A DNA stretch of 64,000 nucleotides from an uncultured Ignavibacteriales bacterium (GTDB lineage: Bacteria; Zixibacteria; MSB-5A5; GN15; FEB-12), in NCBI GenBank assembly GCA_964520865.1, contig CAZFOY010000002.1, positions 2,278-66,277 of the forward strand. The letters are read 5' to 3'. The notes under the pieces are model-generated. The model was not told the origin of the DNA. It did not search any database and was given only the letters and a program-made list of their open reading frames with translations. A program made the position numbers and the translations under genes. Positions 17,804 through 27,198 of this stretch are shown here, piece by piece. Within the stretch, counting starts at the first letter, position 1; every line of letters begins with the position of its first letter.

Positions 17804-19269
17804 CTCTTCGTGACCTGCTCGACATTTCTATCGGCAATCTCTGGCGAATGAAGCTCCGGGCGTTCCTCACGACCGCCGGAGTTGTAATCGCGATTGCAGC
17901 GTTTGTGTCAATGCTTTCGTTCGGCGCGGGCAACCAGGCCTATCTTGCCGAACAATTCGACAAGTTGGGGCTGTTTGCCACCATGCAGGTCCACCCGATA
18001 CGCACGAGGGACAATTCGGATACGACCGACGTTCGTCAGCTGACCGACGAAGCCGTCACCCAACTCGCCGCCATTCCGGGGGTCAAGATCGCTTACCCGT
18101 TCGATGCCTTTCAGGTGATCGTCCTGGTAGGGGATACTGCCATCAAGACCGAGGCGCAAGCGCTACCGGCGTCGGCCGTTCGTACCAAGCTCTTCTCCCA
18201 GTTGGCCGCCGGGGCGCCGCTTTCAAGCGATTCGGCCAACGAGGCGATGGCCACCGAGCAGTTCCTCAAGCTGGCCGGGATCGAATCTCCGGACTCGCTG
18301 GTGGGGAAGAAGATCATCGTCACCGTAAAAGTATCGACTATCGACAGTGCCCTGACGAATGTAGTTCGCGATCCGGACGGTTCGACACGAAAGCGGTTCG
18401 AGCAAATCAGAATAGATTCGTTGTTCAAGCCGGAATTTCTTCGAAAGTTCGCAAGTGAGGAATTGAGCAGCGCCATCTCCCGGTTTGTCGATGGGTATTT
18501 CAACAATCAGGCTGCTGTCAGTGATACACTGGTGGTGACCGGCGTATTGAAAGGCAAACACGGGGATTACGGCCGGTTCTCACGCATGAAGCCGATACTG
18601 ATCCCGGTCAAGACGGCAAGGCACTTTAGCAGCAGCGGAATGCCGACCGACAATGCCTCCCTGCTGGCATCATTAAGAAGCGGCGAGCTGTTCACGCCAA
18701 ACGGCGGAAGCGGCCGGACTTATCCGCGAGTGACACTCGACATAGATCCTCACGTCCCCTACCAGATGATCAGCGACAGCGTTAAGGCGCTCGGATTCAG
18801 CTCATTCAGTTATCTGGAGCAGTTCAAAGAGATTCAGAAGTTCTTTCTGTATTTCAATCTCGCCCTTGGTCTGATCGGCCTGATCGCCATGACGACTGCG
18901 TCGCTCGGTATCGTCAATACGATGGTGATGTCGATCATTGAACGGACACGCGAGATAGGGGTGCTTAAGTCACTGGGGGCAGATGAGTTCGATATTCGTC
19001 TGCTGTTTCTGGTCGAATCAGGCGTCATTGGTGCGGTCGGGGCTGTTGCCGGCATTGTCGTCGGCTGGATTATCGCCCGAGGAGCTTCGTTCGTGGCCAA
19101 AACCATCATGATCAGGGAAGGGGTGACGCCGATTGAGCTCTTCCGGCTGCCTCTGTGGCTGATCCTCGTAGCCTTCGCGTTTGGTTTCATCGTCAGCATT
19201 CTGGCCGGCTATTATCCTGCATCGCGAGCCGCCGGAGTCGACCCGGTGAAAGCGCTCCGCAATGAATAG
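17800..19269 (+). CDS. ABC transporter permease, FtsX/MacB-like
   Basis: ATGA overlap with the ATPase gene. N-terminal TM, large extracytoplasmic domain, C-terminal FtsX helices (ERTREIGVLKSLGA...YPASRAAGVDPVKALR). Confidence 0.85.
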   Translation: MTLRDLLDISIGNLWRMKLRAFLTTAGVVIAIAAFVSMLSFGAGNQAYLAEQFDKLGLFATMQVHPIRTRDNSDTTDVRQLTDEAVTQLAAIPGVKIAYPFDAFQVIVLVGDTAIKTEAQALPASAVRTKLFSQLAAGAPLSSDSANEAMATEQFLKLAGIESPDSLVGKKIIVTVKVSTIDSALTNVVRDPDGSTRKRFEQIRIDSLFKPEFLRKFASEELSSAISRFVDGYFNNQAAVSDTLVVTGVLKGKHGDYGRFSRMKPILIPVKTARHFSSSGMPTDNASLLASLRSGELFTPNGGSGRTYPRVTLDIDPHVPYQMISDSVKALGFSSFSYLEQFKEIQKFFLYFNLALGLIGLIAMTTASLGIVNTMVMSIIERTREIGVLKSLGADEFDIRLLFLVESGVIGAVGAVAGIVVGWIIARGASFVAKTIMIREGVTPIELFRLPLWLILVAFAFGFIVSILAGYYPASRAAGVDPVKALRNE

Positions 19270-19651
19270 CCCAACGCGCCCTTAAGGGCGTACTCAGATC
19301 CTTTTTCTCCACATATAGTTAGAAATTTCCCAAAGTCAATGTTGAGCTGAGTGCAATGTCTCCAAATTACTAATCTGATGCTTACCCTCGTTTAATTATT
19401 CCCTAACACAATAAGGGTTCTGTTGGGAAATCGTTACCAACATGCAAGCGCCGGAAAAACTTGAAAACGAAAACAGACCCGAAATCGAAAGTAGACAAGT
19501 ACAATATCCCCGTCGGTTATGTTGCGCACAGGCAAACGACCCGGACAAAGGATTGGTCAGACACGAAAACTAAAGGAAGAGGCAGATTTTGAAACACGAA
19601 TTAACCTCACAGTCACAAACTTTTCATCCCAAAACCAGGAGCAGAGAACAC

Positions 19652-20719
19652 ATGAAGAGAGTGATCACGATCTTCGCAATCGTCATCGGTTTGATGTCGG
19701 CGGTTTCAGTACACGCTGCGGATACCAAGGTGGGTGGCCGCATGTACGGTTACTGGATGCTTAACAAGACCGATGGAGCTGACAACTACAACAATTTTGG
19801 TCTTGATCGCGCCTATATCGATGTGAAGTCGAAACTGACCGAGTATACTTCCGCGCGGGCGACCATGGACCTGAAGCAGCTGGAAGGCTACGACGGCTAT
19901 ACGATGATTCTGAAGTACGGATACCTCGATTTCAAGCCAAAATTCGGTGAAGGTTGGGTAACTTTCAGGTTCGGTCTTCAGCCGACTCTCTATATCGACA
20001 ACATGCAGGACCTCTGGCATCGCCGCTATGCCCTGAAGGTAATCAGCGACAACAAAGAAATGCTGACCTCATCGGATCTCGGCGCCGGCCTCCTGGTTGA
20101 CCTGAGCAAAGACAAAAAGTACGGCTATGTTCAGGCCACCGTTTGGAATGGCGGTTCCTACTCGCACGTGAAAGACAAAAACAAGAACAAGAACTTCAAC
20201 GCCTTCATCCACTTGAACCCGGTTCCGACCAATGAAGACTGGAAGAAGTCGACGATTCTTGCCCAGGCGTATGTCGGTTCGCAGAATGTGGCGATCGACA
20301 GCGGCATGAGCGCCTCCGATGTGAAACAGAACCTGTTTGAATTCGGCGGCCTGCTCGCCTATCGGAACAGCTTCGATATCGGCGCCGACCTCAATTTCGA
20401 GACCAAAGGCATGGCTGACACAGCCGGCACGTATATGGACGTTAAGTCTCAGGGGCTGTCGTTCTTCGGCACTTTCTTCTTCCAGGATTTTGTCGACGAG
20501 GCCTCCCCGCTCCGGGACATCAACCTGTTCGGTCGTGTTGACAAATACGATCCTAATACCGACGTCGACAAAGACGGCGAAACGATGGTGGTAGGCGGCG
20601 TTGAGTGCGTTCCCGCCCCCGGCGTCAGAGCTTCGATCAGCTACCGGAACACCAGTTATCAGGCTGACAATGCGGTCAAGACAAAGACCTTCTACTTTAA
20701 CACGTTGGTGAAATTCTAA
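19652..20719 (+). CDS. porin-like outer-membrane beta-barrel protein (hypothetical)
   Basis: I prefer the internal ATG at 19652 (AGGAG 11 nt upstream). It gives a clean signal peptide, MKRVITIFAIVIGLMSAVSVHA/AD. Alternating aromatic/polar beta-strand pattern; ends in ...LVKF. Confidence 0.55.
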   Translation: MKRVITIFAIVIGLMSAVSVHAADTKVGGRMYGYWMLNKTDGADNYNNFGLDRAYIDVKSKLTEYTSARATMDLKQLEGYDGYTMILKYGYLDFKPKFGEGWVTFRFGLQPTLYIDNMQDLWHRRYALKVISDNKEMLTSSDLGAGLLVDLSKDKKYGYVQATVWNGGSYSHVKDKNKNKNFNAFIHLNPVPTNEDWKKSTILAQAYVGSQNVAIDSGMSASDVKQNLFEFGGLLAYRNSFDIGADLNFETKGMADTAGTYMDVKSQGLSFFGTFFFQDFVDEASPLRDINLFGRVDKYDPNTDVDKDGETMVVGGVECVPAPGVRASISYRNTSYQADNAVKTKTFYFNTLVKF

Positions 20720-20762
20720 TCGGAAACCAAGCCGAGCAGATGTGTAAAAAGTAAATGGACGG

Positions 20763-20806
20763 GCGGGGTTGAATCCATGCTACAATTCAGCCTCGCTCGT
20801 TTCATT
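20763..20806 (+). terminator. probable terminator after the porin-like gene
   Basis: 12-bp stem gcggggttgaat/attcagcctcgc (two G-U pairs on the plus-strand RNA), followed by tcgtttcattc. Confidence 0.4.
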
Positions 20807-20848
20807 CTATATCCCTCGGACTATTTCTACACTGATCTTAAGTTCTCA

Positions 20849-21346
20849 CTAACGAGATGACTTGACTTTGCCGCCGACAGGTACGGATCGAGCCAGCTCC
20901 TTTTCAATCAATGTCACCGCCCGCTCTACGGCATGCCGCACCGGGGCGGACATTTCAACTCCGGTTTCGAACGTGGCCGCTTCGATTCCGAAAAGTATCA
21001 ATTTTGTCGGTAGCGTCTTGAGCACCCGGCTCAGTTTGACGGCCTCAAGCAGACTGAAGAGGTGTGAGGACTGAGTATGCCAGTTGTCCGGCAAATCGGT
21101 TTCGCCGAGATCAATCCGATGAATAAACCCCGGCGGCATCGACGATCGAACGGCATCGACCACAATTACATTATCGAATTCCTGCCAGAGCTGAATGATA
21201 TCGGTACCATCGCGCGCCGTTTCCCGGAGACAGACTCCGGTGAGATTTCGGGTTTTGAGCTTTCGGACGATGGCAAGGCCGGCGCGGTCGTCCCCGCGAA
21301 ATTCGTTACCTATTCCAATGATGAGGGTCGAAGATGTGTGAGGCAT
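20849..21346 (-). CDS. [NiFe]-hydrogenase maturation endopeptidase
   Basis: LIIGIGNEFRGDDRAGLAIV motif. 165 aa. Directly downstream of the large-subunit gene. Confidence 0.85.
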   Translation of the reverse strand: MPHTSSTLIIGIGNEFRGDDRAGLAIVRKLKTRNLTGVCLRETARDGTDIIQLWQEFDNVIVVDAVRSSMPPGFIHRIDLGETDLPDNWHTQSSHLFSLLEAVKLSRVLKTLPTKLILFGIEAATFETGVEMSAPVRHAVERAVTLIEKELARSVPVGGKVKSSR

Positions 21347-21350
21347 ATGA

Positions 21351-22646
21351 CTAAGTCCTTTCCACGGTCAATTTCAGGAAGTGCGTTGCACAGGAGATGC
21401 AAGGATCGTAATTGCGGACGGCTTGTTCGCACTTCAGGGTGAGTTCTTCCTGGGGCAGGTCGATGAATCTCGTAGCAACCTCGCGAAGATCGCTTTCGAT
21501 CATCTTCTGATTCTGAGCGGTGGGGGGGACGATCTTGGCGGTTTGAATAACACCCCGATCGTCCAACGTATATCTGTGATACAGAATCCCGCGTGGAGCT
21601 TCCGAACATCCGCATCCGCGTCCGGATCGTGGCTGGATCTCGACACTCGGCTGCGCCGGCTGTTCGTACTTCTCGATAATCCTGATCGCATCCTCTACAA
21701 CCTGAGCGGTCTCAACCGCGCGAACGATTATCCCTTTGAACGGGTTCGTGCAGGTCTTCTTCAATCCCGCTTTGAGGGCCGCTTTCTGAACGTCGGGATA
21801 GAGCTGGTCAAAATTGAGATTGTACCGGGCGAGCGGACCTGTGAAGTACGCTCCTTTCCCTTTCAATCTGGAATGAAGCGCGTTGGCGTGCTTGATGTGC
21901 TCTTCTTCGAAGTAGATTTCGTATTCATCGATCGAGATATCCAGCCCCTTGTTAGAAACGACCCGACCTTCGTTAAACGGATATTCATCAGGATGGCGGA
22001 GGGCTACGAACTCGTAGTCACGGTCGATGTCGGGGAAGGGAAGGCCCGCGGCGAATTGAATCATCTCGTACGCAGCTTCCTGTGCCCATTTGAGCTTCTT
22101 AAGGAAGCCACGAAGTTCCTTCTGAGTTGGGGTCTTGTAGAATCCGCCAACCTTTACGTTGATCGGGTGAATCTCGCGGCCGCCCAGCAGGATCATGAGT
22201 TCGTTGCCGATCTTCTTGAGTTCGAGCGCTTTCTTAACTATCTCCGGATGTACCTGGGCGATTTGAATGGCATCCTCGAATCCGAGAAAATCCGGAGCAT
22301 GGAGCATGTACACATGGAGAACGTGACTCTCGATCCATTCACCGCAATAGATGAGCCGACGCAGGGCCCGAAGTTGTCCGTCGACTTTGGCGCCGAATGC
22401 CTGCTCCATAGCATGGACAGAACTCATCTGATACGCGACAGGGCAGATTCCGCAGATCCTGGCCGTGATATCCGGTGCTTCGTAGTAGTTGCGGTCGCGA
22501 AGAAAGGCTTCGAAGAACCGAGGCGGTTCAAATATCTTGAACTTCACCTCTTTGACTTCGTTCTCCTTGATTCGAATATGCAACGCCCCTTCGCCTTCGA
22601 CGCGGGCGAGGTAATCGACTTTTATTGTCTTACTGCTTTCTTTCAT
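21351..22646 (-). CDS. [NiFe]-hydrogenase large (alpha) subunit, group 3b-like
   Basis: N-terminal [10 protein letters not shown] and C-terminal DPCISCATH nickel-binding motifs with a short cleavable tail. 431 aa, the size of group 3 enzymes. Confidence 0.9.
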   Translation of the reverse strand: MKESSKTIKVDYLARVEGEGALHIRIKENEVKEVKFKIFEPPRFFEAFLRDRNYYEAPDITARICGICPVAYQMSSVHAMEQAFGAKVDGQLRALRRLIYCGEWIESHVLHVYMLHAPDFLGFEDAIQIAQVHPEIVKKALELKKIGNELMILLGGREIHPINVKVGGFYKTPTQKELRGFLKKLKWAQEAAYEMIQFAAGLPFPDIDRDYEFVALRHPDEYPFNEGRVVSNKGLDISIDEYEIYFEEEHIKHANALHSRLKGKGAYFTGPLARYNLNFDQLYPDVQKAALKAGLKKTCTNPFKGIIVRAVETAQVVEDAIRIIEKYEQPAQPSVEIQPRSGRGCGCSEAPRGILYHRYTLDDRGVIQTAKIVPPTAQNQKMIESDLREVATRFIDLPQEELTLKCEQAVRNYDPCISCATHFLKLTVERT

Positions 22647-23415
22647 GGATCGTGCTTTCCTTCATAAAGGCGTCGGCATCCGCGTTGAACCCCCGAAATG
22701 TCCGCACCAGATCATCGGGGCTCATTCCGCAAAGTTTGAACCGTTCGGCGAGCGCTTCGGTGTTCGGCGTCTCTTTGGGACCGAAGCAACTGTAGCACCC
22801 ACGGTTATACGAGGGACAGATAGCGCCGCAACCGGCCTGCGTGACCGGTCCCATGCACAATGTCTGGTGAGCCACCATAACACAGGTATTGCCCCGGAGT
22901 TTGCAGTCGATACAAACGCTGTGTTTGGGGGTGACCGGCTTGCGCCGATTCAGAAACGCGTTCAGCACTTCAAGCAGCTGGTATTTGTTGATCGGGCAGC
23001 CGCGAAGTTCAAAGTCGACCGCCACATGGTTGGCAATCGGGGTAGAGTTGTTCAGCGTCTCGATATACTGAGGATGAGCGTAGACCGCACTTGTGAACTC
23101 GCGGACATCTTTGAAATTTCGCAATGCCTGTATCCCACCGGCCGTCGCGCAGGCGCCAATAGTGATGAGGAATTTGGAGCTCCGTCGGATCTTATGAATC
23201 CGCTCGGCATCATGCGGCGTCGTGATCGAGCCCTCCACCAGTGACACTTCGTATGGTCCGCGCATAACCGCCCGGGACGCTTCGGGGAAATTGGCAATAT
23301 CGATATGGGAGGTGACAGCCAGTAATTCATCCTCGCAGTCGAGCAGGCTGAGCTGACAGCCATCGCAGGAGGCGAACTTCCAGACCGCCAGTTTCGGTTT
23401 CTTGTCGCGATTCAT
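22630..23415 (-). CDS. [NiFe]-hydrogenase small (delta) subunit, group 3b-like
   Basis: ASCDGCQLS proximal-cluster motif and multiple Cys clusters. NuoB-like fold. Overlaps the alpha-subunit gene by 17 nt. Confidence 0.85.
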   Translation of the reverse strand: MNRDKKPKLAVWKFASCDGCQLSLLDCEDELLAVTSHIDIANFPEASRAVMRGPYEVSLVEGSITTPHDAERIHKIRRSSKFLITIGACATAGGIQALRNFKDVREFTSAVYAHPQYIETLNNSTPIANHVAVDFELRGCPINKYQLLEVLNAFLNRRKPVTPKHSVCIDCKLRGNTCVMVAHQTLCMGPVTQAGCGAICPSYNRGCYSCFGPKETPNTEALAERFKLCGMSPDDLVRTFRGFNADADAFMKESTIHERKQ

Positions 23416-23418
23416 AGG

Positions 23419-24288
23419 CTACACCTCCCTCTTGTTGAAGAGGTCGCGGACGACGTCGAAACTGAACACCGGTCCGTCTTTACAGATAAACTTGGGGCCG
23501 AACTGACAGTGACCGCACAGTCCGATTGCGCATTTCATATTACGTTCCATCGAAACATAGATATTCTCAACCGGGACGCCTCGTTTCTGGAGCGCCAGGA
23601 CGGTATAGCGCATCATCACCTCCGGTCCGCAGATCATGGCGATGCAGCCTGAAGGGTCGAAACTTGTTCTCGGAATCAAGGTTGTGACAACCCCGACATT
23701 CCCGCGCCAGCCTTCATCAGCCCGGTCAACCGTAACCTCCACGTCCAGGTCGAACCGTGCCCGCCACTGCTCCAGCTCCTGGCGGAACAGGATATCCTGA
23801 GGTGTTCGGGTACCGTACAGCAATACCACTTTCCCGTATTTGTCGCGGTCGGCCAGAATTTGATAGAGGGCCGGACGAAGAGGTGCAAGGCCGATACCAC
23901 CGGTGATCAGCACGACATCTTTGCCAAGGGCCTTGTCGGTCGGCCATCCCGCACCGAACGGTCCGCGAATTCCAACCGTATCGCCAACGGCAAGGCGGCG
24001 GAGCGCTTTGGTGACAGCACCGACTGCTCTGACGGTATGAACGAGGGGATTCGGCTGGGTCGGATCACCACTTATCGAAATCGGGACTTCACCGACACCA
24101 TAGATATACAGCATATTAAACTGTCCCGGTTTGAATTCGAGGCCGTCAGAACCTCCGATTGCCGTCAGGTCGATCGTGAACGTATCCTCGGTCTCCTTGC
24201 GGACCCGCTGGATGCGATACATGCTGGGGCACATGGCGTCGAGCGCGCTTGTCCCCGATTTGCTTGGGGCTTTAGGGTTGTACGCCAT
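23419..24288 (-). CDS. hydrogenase gamma subunit, FAD/NAD(P)-binding oxidoreductase with C-terminal 2Fe-2S
   Basis: Ferredoxin-NADP reductase-like fold (GGIGLAPLR) and a C-terminal CAIGLCGHCQ cluster motif. Confidence 0.85.
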   Translation of the reverse strand: MAYNPKAPSKSGTSALDAMCPSMYRIQRVRKETEDTFTIDLTAIGGSDGLEFKPGQFNMLYIYGVGEVPISISGDPTQPNPLVHTVRAVGAVTKALRRLAVGDTVGIRGPFGAGWPTDKALGKDVVLITGGIGLAPLRPALYQILADRDKYGKVVLLYGTRTPQDILFRQELEQWRARFDLDVEVTVDRADEGWRGNVGVVTTLIPRTSFDPSGCIAMICGPEVMMRYTVLALQKRGVPVENIYVSMERNMKCAIGLCGHCQFGPKFICKDGPVFSFDVVRDLFNKREV

Positions 24289-24733
24289 AAATATCCAACA
24301 ACTGAATTCGCAGGGCCAGAAGTTCGTCCTCCATGAGGTGAACGAAGCGTCTCATGATTTCGTAGCCGAGTTCATGGTCTTCTTCGCACTTACGCCTCAG
24401 ACAGGCTCCGTCGAGTGCAATCGCACGCGTCAGTTCCATCGCGCGGCAGTCGAAGTGTCGAAGGTGCGGGGCGACCAGCCAGGACCATCCAAGGACGCTG
24501 CCTTCACCCAGCGTCTGAACGACAATGCCTCCCTTGTGCGGGCGAAAGACTTCCAGAGCAAGTCTTCCGTGACGGATGAAATAGAACTGATTTGCTTCAT
24601 CCCCCTCGTGAAATACATAGTCCCCTTCATCGAAACGGACGTTTGAGGCACAGCCCATCAGCAACTCGATATGTCGACTTTCCATCCCTTTGAGGAAAGG
24701 GTGTTCGGCCAGATACGGCTCAAGCGTTTGCAT
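24272..24733 (-). CDS. standalone cyclic-nucleotide-binding-domain protein (about 153 aa, no HTH)
   Basis: I start at the ATG at 24733 (GGAGG 6 nt upstream) rather than the track start. cNMP-domain pattern FLKGM...[22 protein letters not shown]...[12 protein letters not shown]...CRA. Overlaps the beta-subunit stop by 14 nt and the gamma-subunit start by 17 nt. Confidence 0.8.
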   Translation of the reverse strand: MQTLEPYLAEHPFLKGMESRHIELLMGCASNVRFDEGDYVFHEGDEANQFYFIRHGRLALEVFRPHKGGIVVQTLGEGSVLGWSWLVAPHLRHFDCRAMELTRAIALDGACLRRKCEEDHELGYEIMRRFVHLMEDELLALRIQLLDIYGVQP

Positions 24734-25901
24734 TCGGTACCTCCATAGACTCTGATCCTTTTGCCTGTCCTGCGTCCGTTTCACGGATCGCACGCAACTC
24801 TTCGGTTATATCGATGCCGACCGGGCACCAGGTAATGCACCGTCCGCAGCCTACGCATCCGGGGGTGCCGAACTGATCTATCCACGACGCCAGCTTGTGC
24901 GTCATCCACTGGCGGTAGCGGGCTTTGGCCGACGGTCTGACCGAGCCGCCGTGGATGTACGAGTATTCCATCGCAAAACAGGAATCCCATCTTCTGATCC
25001 GCTCGGCCGTGGAGCCGGACAGGTCTGTCAGATCCTCGACGGTAGCACAGAAGCAGGTGGGGCAGACCATGGTACAATTCGCGCAGGTGAGACATCGCCT
25101 TCCCACTTGATCCCAACGACGGTTGTCGACATTCCGATAGAGCAGTTCCTTCATGTCGGAAGTGTCGAGAGATCGACCCATCTGTGATGATGTTTCGGTC
25201 AGCTTCTGCGATTCCGTTTTCAACTGCTCCTCGGTTGCTTTCACCGCCGGCAGAACGTTCAGCAGCCTCCGCCCTGCGTCCGATCCGGCAGACGCGATAA
25301 AGTAGTGCGTTGTTTTGCTGTAGATCTCCGTGAGAGCAAGGTCGTATCCGTCCGAGGCCGAAGGTCCTGTCCCCATCGATGCGCAGAAACAGGTCCCACC
25401 CGCTCGCGTGCAGTTGACGACAATCAGCAGCAGATTGTCGCGCGTCCGCTTGTACAACGGATCGACGAATTCGCCCTGCATGAATATCTTATCCTGGATC
25501 TTGATCGCGGCGAGTTCGCAGGGACGAACTCCGAAAAAGGCAAGCTTTGCTGACGCTGCCTCGGGACGTTCCACTTCGAACCCGGTCTTTGTTCGTTTCA
25601 GGCGATTGATCTGCTGACGAGGGGGGAAGAGATAACGCTTCCAGGACTGGCCGCCCACCGTGAAGTCGAACGATGCCTTGTTCCCGGATGGTTCGAGCTT
25701 GTAGCTGGCCGGCTCCTGGCTGTCTGCCCAGCCCGATGGCAACGACTCCAGGGCGTTGATCTCGTCGAGCACGATTGCGCGCTCCCGAACGATCGGCCCG
25801 ATCACGCTATATCCTTCCGATTTGATAGCTGCCAAGAGTTTTGGCAGGTCATCACGTTCGATTATCAGCTTGTCTTTGGTTTTTCGAGTTTGGGGACTCA
25901 T
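24720..25901 (-). CDS. hydrogenase beta subunit, 4Fe-4S protein (AsrA/HydB-like)
   Basis: Two ferredoxin-type motifs ([16 protein letters not shown]; [12 protein letters not shown]). First gene of the beta-gamma-delta-alpha arrangement known from sulfhydrogenase-type enzymes. Confidence 0.8.
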   Translation of the reverse strand: MSPQTRKTKDKLIIERDDLPKLLAAIKSEGYSVIGPIVRERAIVLDEINALESLPSGWADSQEPASYKLEPSGNKASFDFTVGGQSWKRYLFPPRQQINRLKRTKTGFEVERPEAASAKLAFFGVRPCELAAIKIQDKIFMQGEFVDPLYKRTRDNLLLIVVNCTRAGGTCFCASMGTGPSASDGYDLALTEIYSKTTHYFIASAGSDAGRRLLNVLPAVKATEEQLKTESQKLTETSSQMGRSLDTSDMKELLYRNVDNRRWDQVGRRCLTCANCTMVCPTCFCATVEDLTDLSGSTAERIRRWDSCFAMEYSYIHGGSVRPSAKARYRQWMTHKLASWIDQFGTPGCVGCGRCITWCPVGIDITEELRAIRETDAGQAKGSESMEVPNANA

Positions 25902-25962
25902 TTGCTCTTCCGTTTTGTAAGGCCTCGGTTATCAAATCACCACAGGATCGAAAACATACATT

Positions 25963-25990
25963 AACTTATCTATGTTATCGGTATTGTCAA
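25963..25990 (-). promoter_or_regulatory. candidate sigma70 promoter of the hydrogenase operon (-35 TTGACA, 16 nt, -10 TAAGTT)
   Basis: Exact -35 hexamer at 25990-25985. Weak -10. Confidence 0.3.
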
Positions 25991-25999
25991 GGGAAATTA

Positions 26000-26015
26000 T
26001 GAGAAATATTTCACA
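26000..26015. promoter_or_regulatory. CRP/FNR-family-like palindrome TGAGA-N6-TCACA
   Basis: tgagaaatatttcaca is one mismatch from TGTGA-N6-TCACA. It abuts the -35 of the candidate hydrogenase promoter. Confidence 0.3.
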
Positions 26016-26286
26016 AAATGATTATGCTTCGGCAAATTAAAAGCGTTAATATACAATCGGTTACACGTGCCGTTCTTGTGCCGCCAACGACGATGTATTG
26101 TATGACATTTATCCTGACTGCTATCGGACCGGCGGCTCGGAATTCGGTCGACAGTGATCGAGATGATCTCGATGGCCCACATTGTCGTTATCAGATCGAC
26201 ACCGGGCGCCGCTCCTAATTGACAGGTACATATGCGTTTAGGAACATCTATCAGGATGGGTCGGGACTGGCGGTGTCAGTTTTGGG

Positions 26287-26314
26287 TTGCGGATAAGAGG
26301 GGATATGCTATATT
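26287..26314 (+). promoter_or_regulatory. candidate sigma70 promoter (-35 TTGCGG, 16 nt, -10 TATATT)
   Basis: Read directly from the sequence, about 90 nt upstream of the ATG at 26401. Confidence 0.3.
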
Positions 26315-26400
26315 TGAAAAGACAAAGAGACCAACCCTTTAGTACTCGCGATTTGTTCCGGGATCTAACCCGACTCTTAAACTGACTGGATTCGCAAATC

Positions 26401-27078
26401 ATGCTGATTTTGACACTTCGGCTTGCTACAGTTATGATCTCTTGTGTACTTCTGGCCGGCGCCGTTCTGGCAGCCGACGGCTATGTCTATCCGGATTCAG
26501 CGCGGATACTCTTCTCCTGGCAAACTTCAGGTGACACCATCACAGTTCAGCTGACCAATTCAGGAACGAGCCCGGTGCAGTTCAGCAGCATCACCGACAT
26601 CACCGAGGCAGATGTAACCACACTCCGATGTACTATTGATGGAACAGATATCACCCCGATCCCGGCTCTCAGCTTGTGGGGATCTATCTATCCGTCGAAG
26701 CTCTCCACAAGTTGGCAAACGGGTGCGTTTTCGCATTCCGCGGTTGTCAGGTTTGTTGCGCCCGGATACCAGCCGGGGAGTCTGAGTTGGATGGCGTTTT
26801 CGGACTATCCGATGTTCGGTATGGCTGATAGTGCCTTCGCACCCGGTGATTGCTGCGTCGGGTTGCGGGGAAACATTAACAACGATCCACTGGATCAGAC
26901 CGACATCTCCGATCTGATTTACTTTGTTGAATACATGTTCAACGATCCGCCCGCAGCGGCACCACCCTGTCTTGAAGAAGCAGATCTGACCGAGGACGGC
27001 ACGATTGACATCGGCGATTTGATCGCGTTAGTGGATTACACATTCGGAAAGGGACCGGATCTCCCGTCCTGCCCCTGA
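26401..27078 (+). CDS. secreted hypothetical protein with C-terminal dockerin-like duplicated EF-hand module
   Basis: Signal peptide ...LLAGAVLA/AD. C-terminal GNINNDPLDQTDISDLIYFVEYMF ... ADLTEDGTIDIGDLIALVDYTF gives two calcium-loop plus helix repeats. Confidence 0.6.
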   Translation: MLILTLRLATVMISCVLLAGAVLAADGYVYPDSARILFSWQTSGDTITVQLTNSGTSPVQFSSITDITEADVTTLRCTIDGTDITPIPALSLWGSIYPSKLSTSWQTGAFSHSAVVRFVAPGYQPGSLSWMAFSDYPMFGMADSAFAPGDCCVGLRGNINNDPLDQTDISDLIYFVEYMFNDPPAAAPPCLEEADLTEDGTIDIGDLIALVDYTFGKGPDLPSCP

Positions 27079-27102
27079 GCTGATTTTTGTCGAGCTGCAG
27101 AA

Positions 27103-27127
27103 AAGGCGACCCACGGCGAGTCGCCTT
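27103..27127. terminator. hairpin between convergent genes (AAGGCGAC / 9-nt loop / GTCGCCTT)
   Basis: 8-bp perfect stem, flanked by an A-run on the 5' side and ctcaaatt on the 3' side. Confidence 0.5.
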
Positions 27128-27198
27128 CTCAAATTAACACCCGTCATATTCGTATCAGGATATAGATGCTGCGGCATTGGCTCTTGATCTGACGGTGG

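Noticed and set aside
19589-19651. 5' extensions of track ORFs (porin-like 19589, cNMP 24793, TPR 37527, carA 41461, lpd 59661)
   Set aside because: In each case an internal start gives a proper signal peptide or a conserved N-terminus and has an RBS. The extensions overlap upstream genes, terminators or promoters.
21381-22667. 428-aa plus-strand ORF
   Set aside because: It is exactly antisense to the [NiFe]-hydrogenase large-subunit gene, whose nickel-binding motifs are unambiguous. Its translation is low-complexity and Arg/Leu-rich with no motif. It is a shadow ORF.
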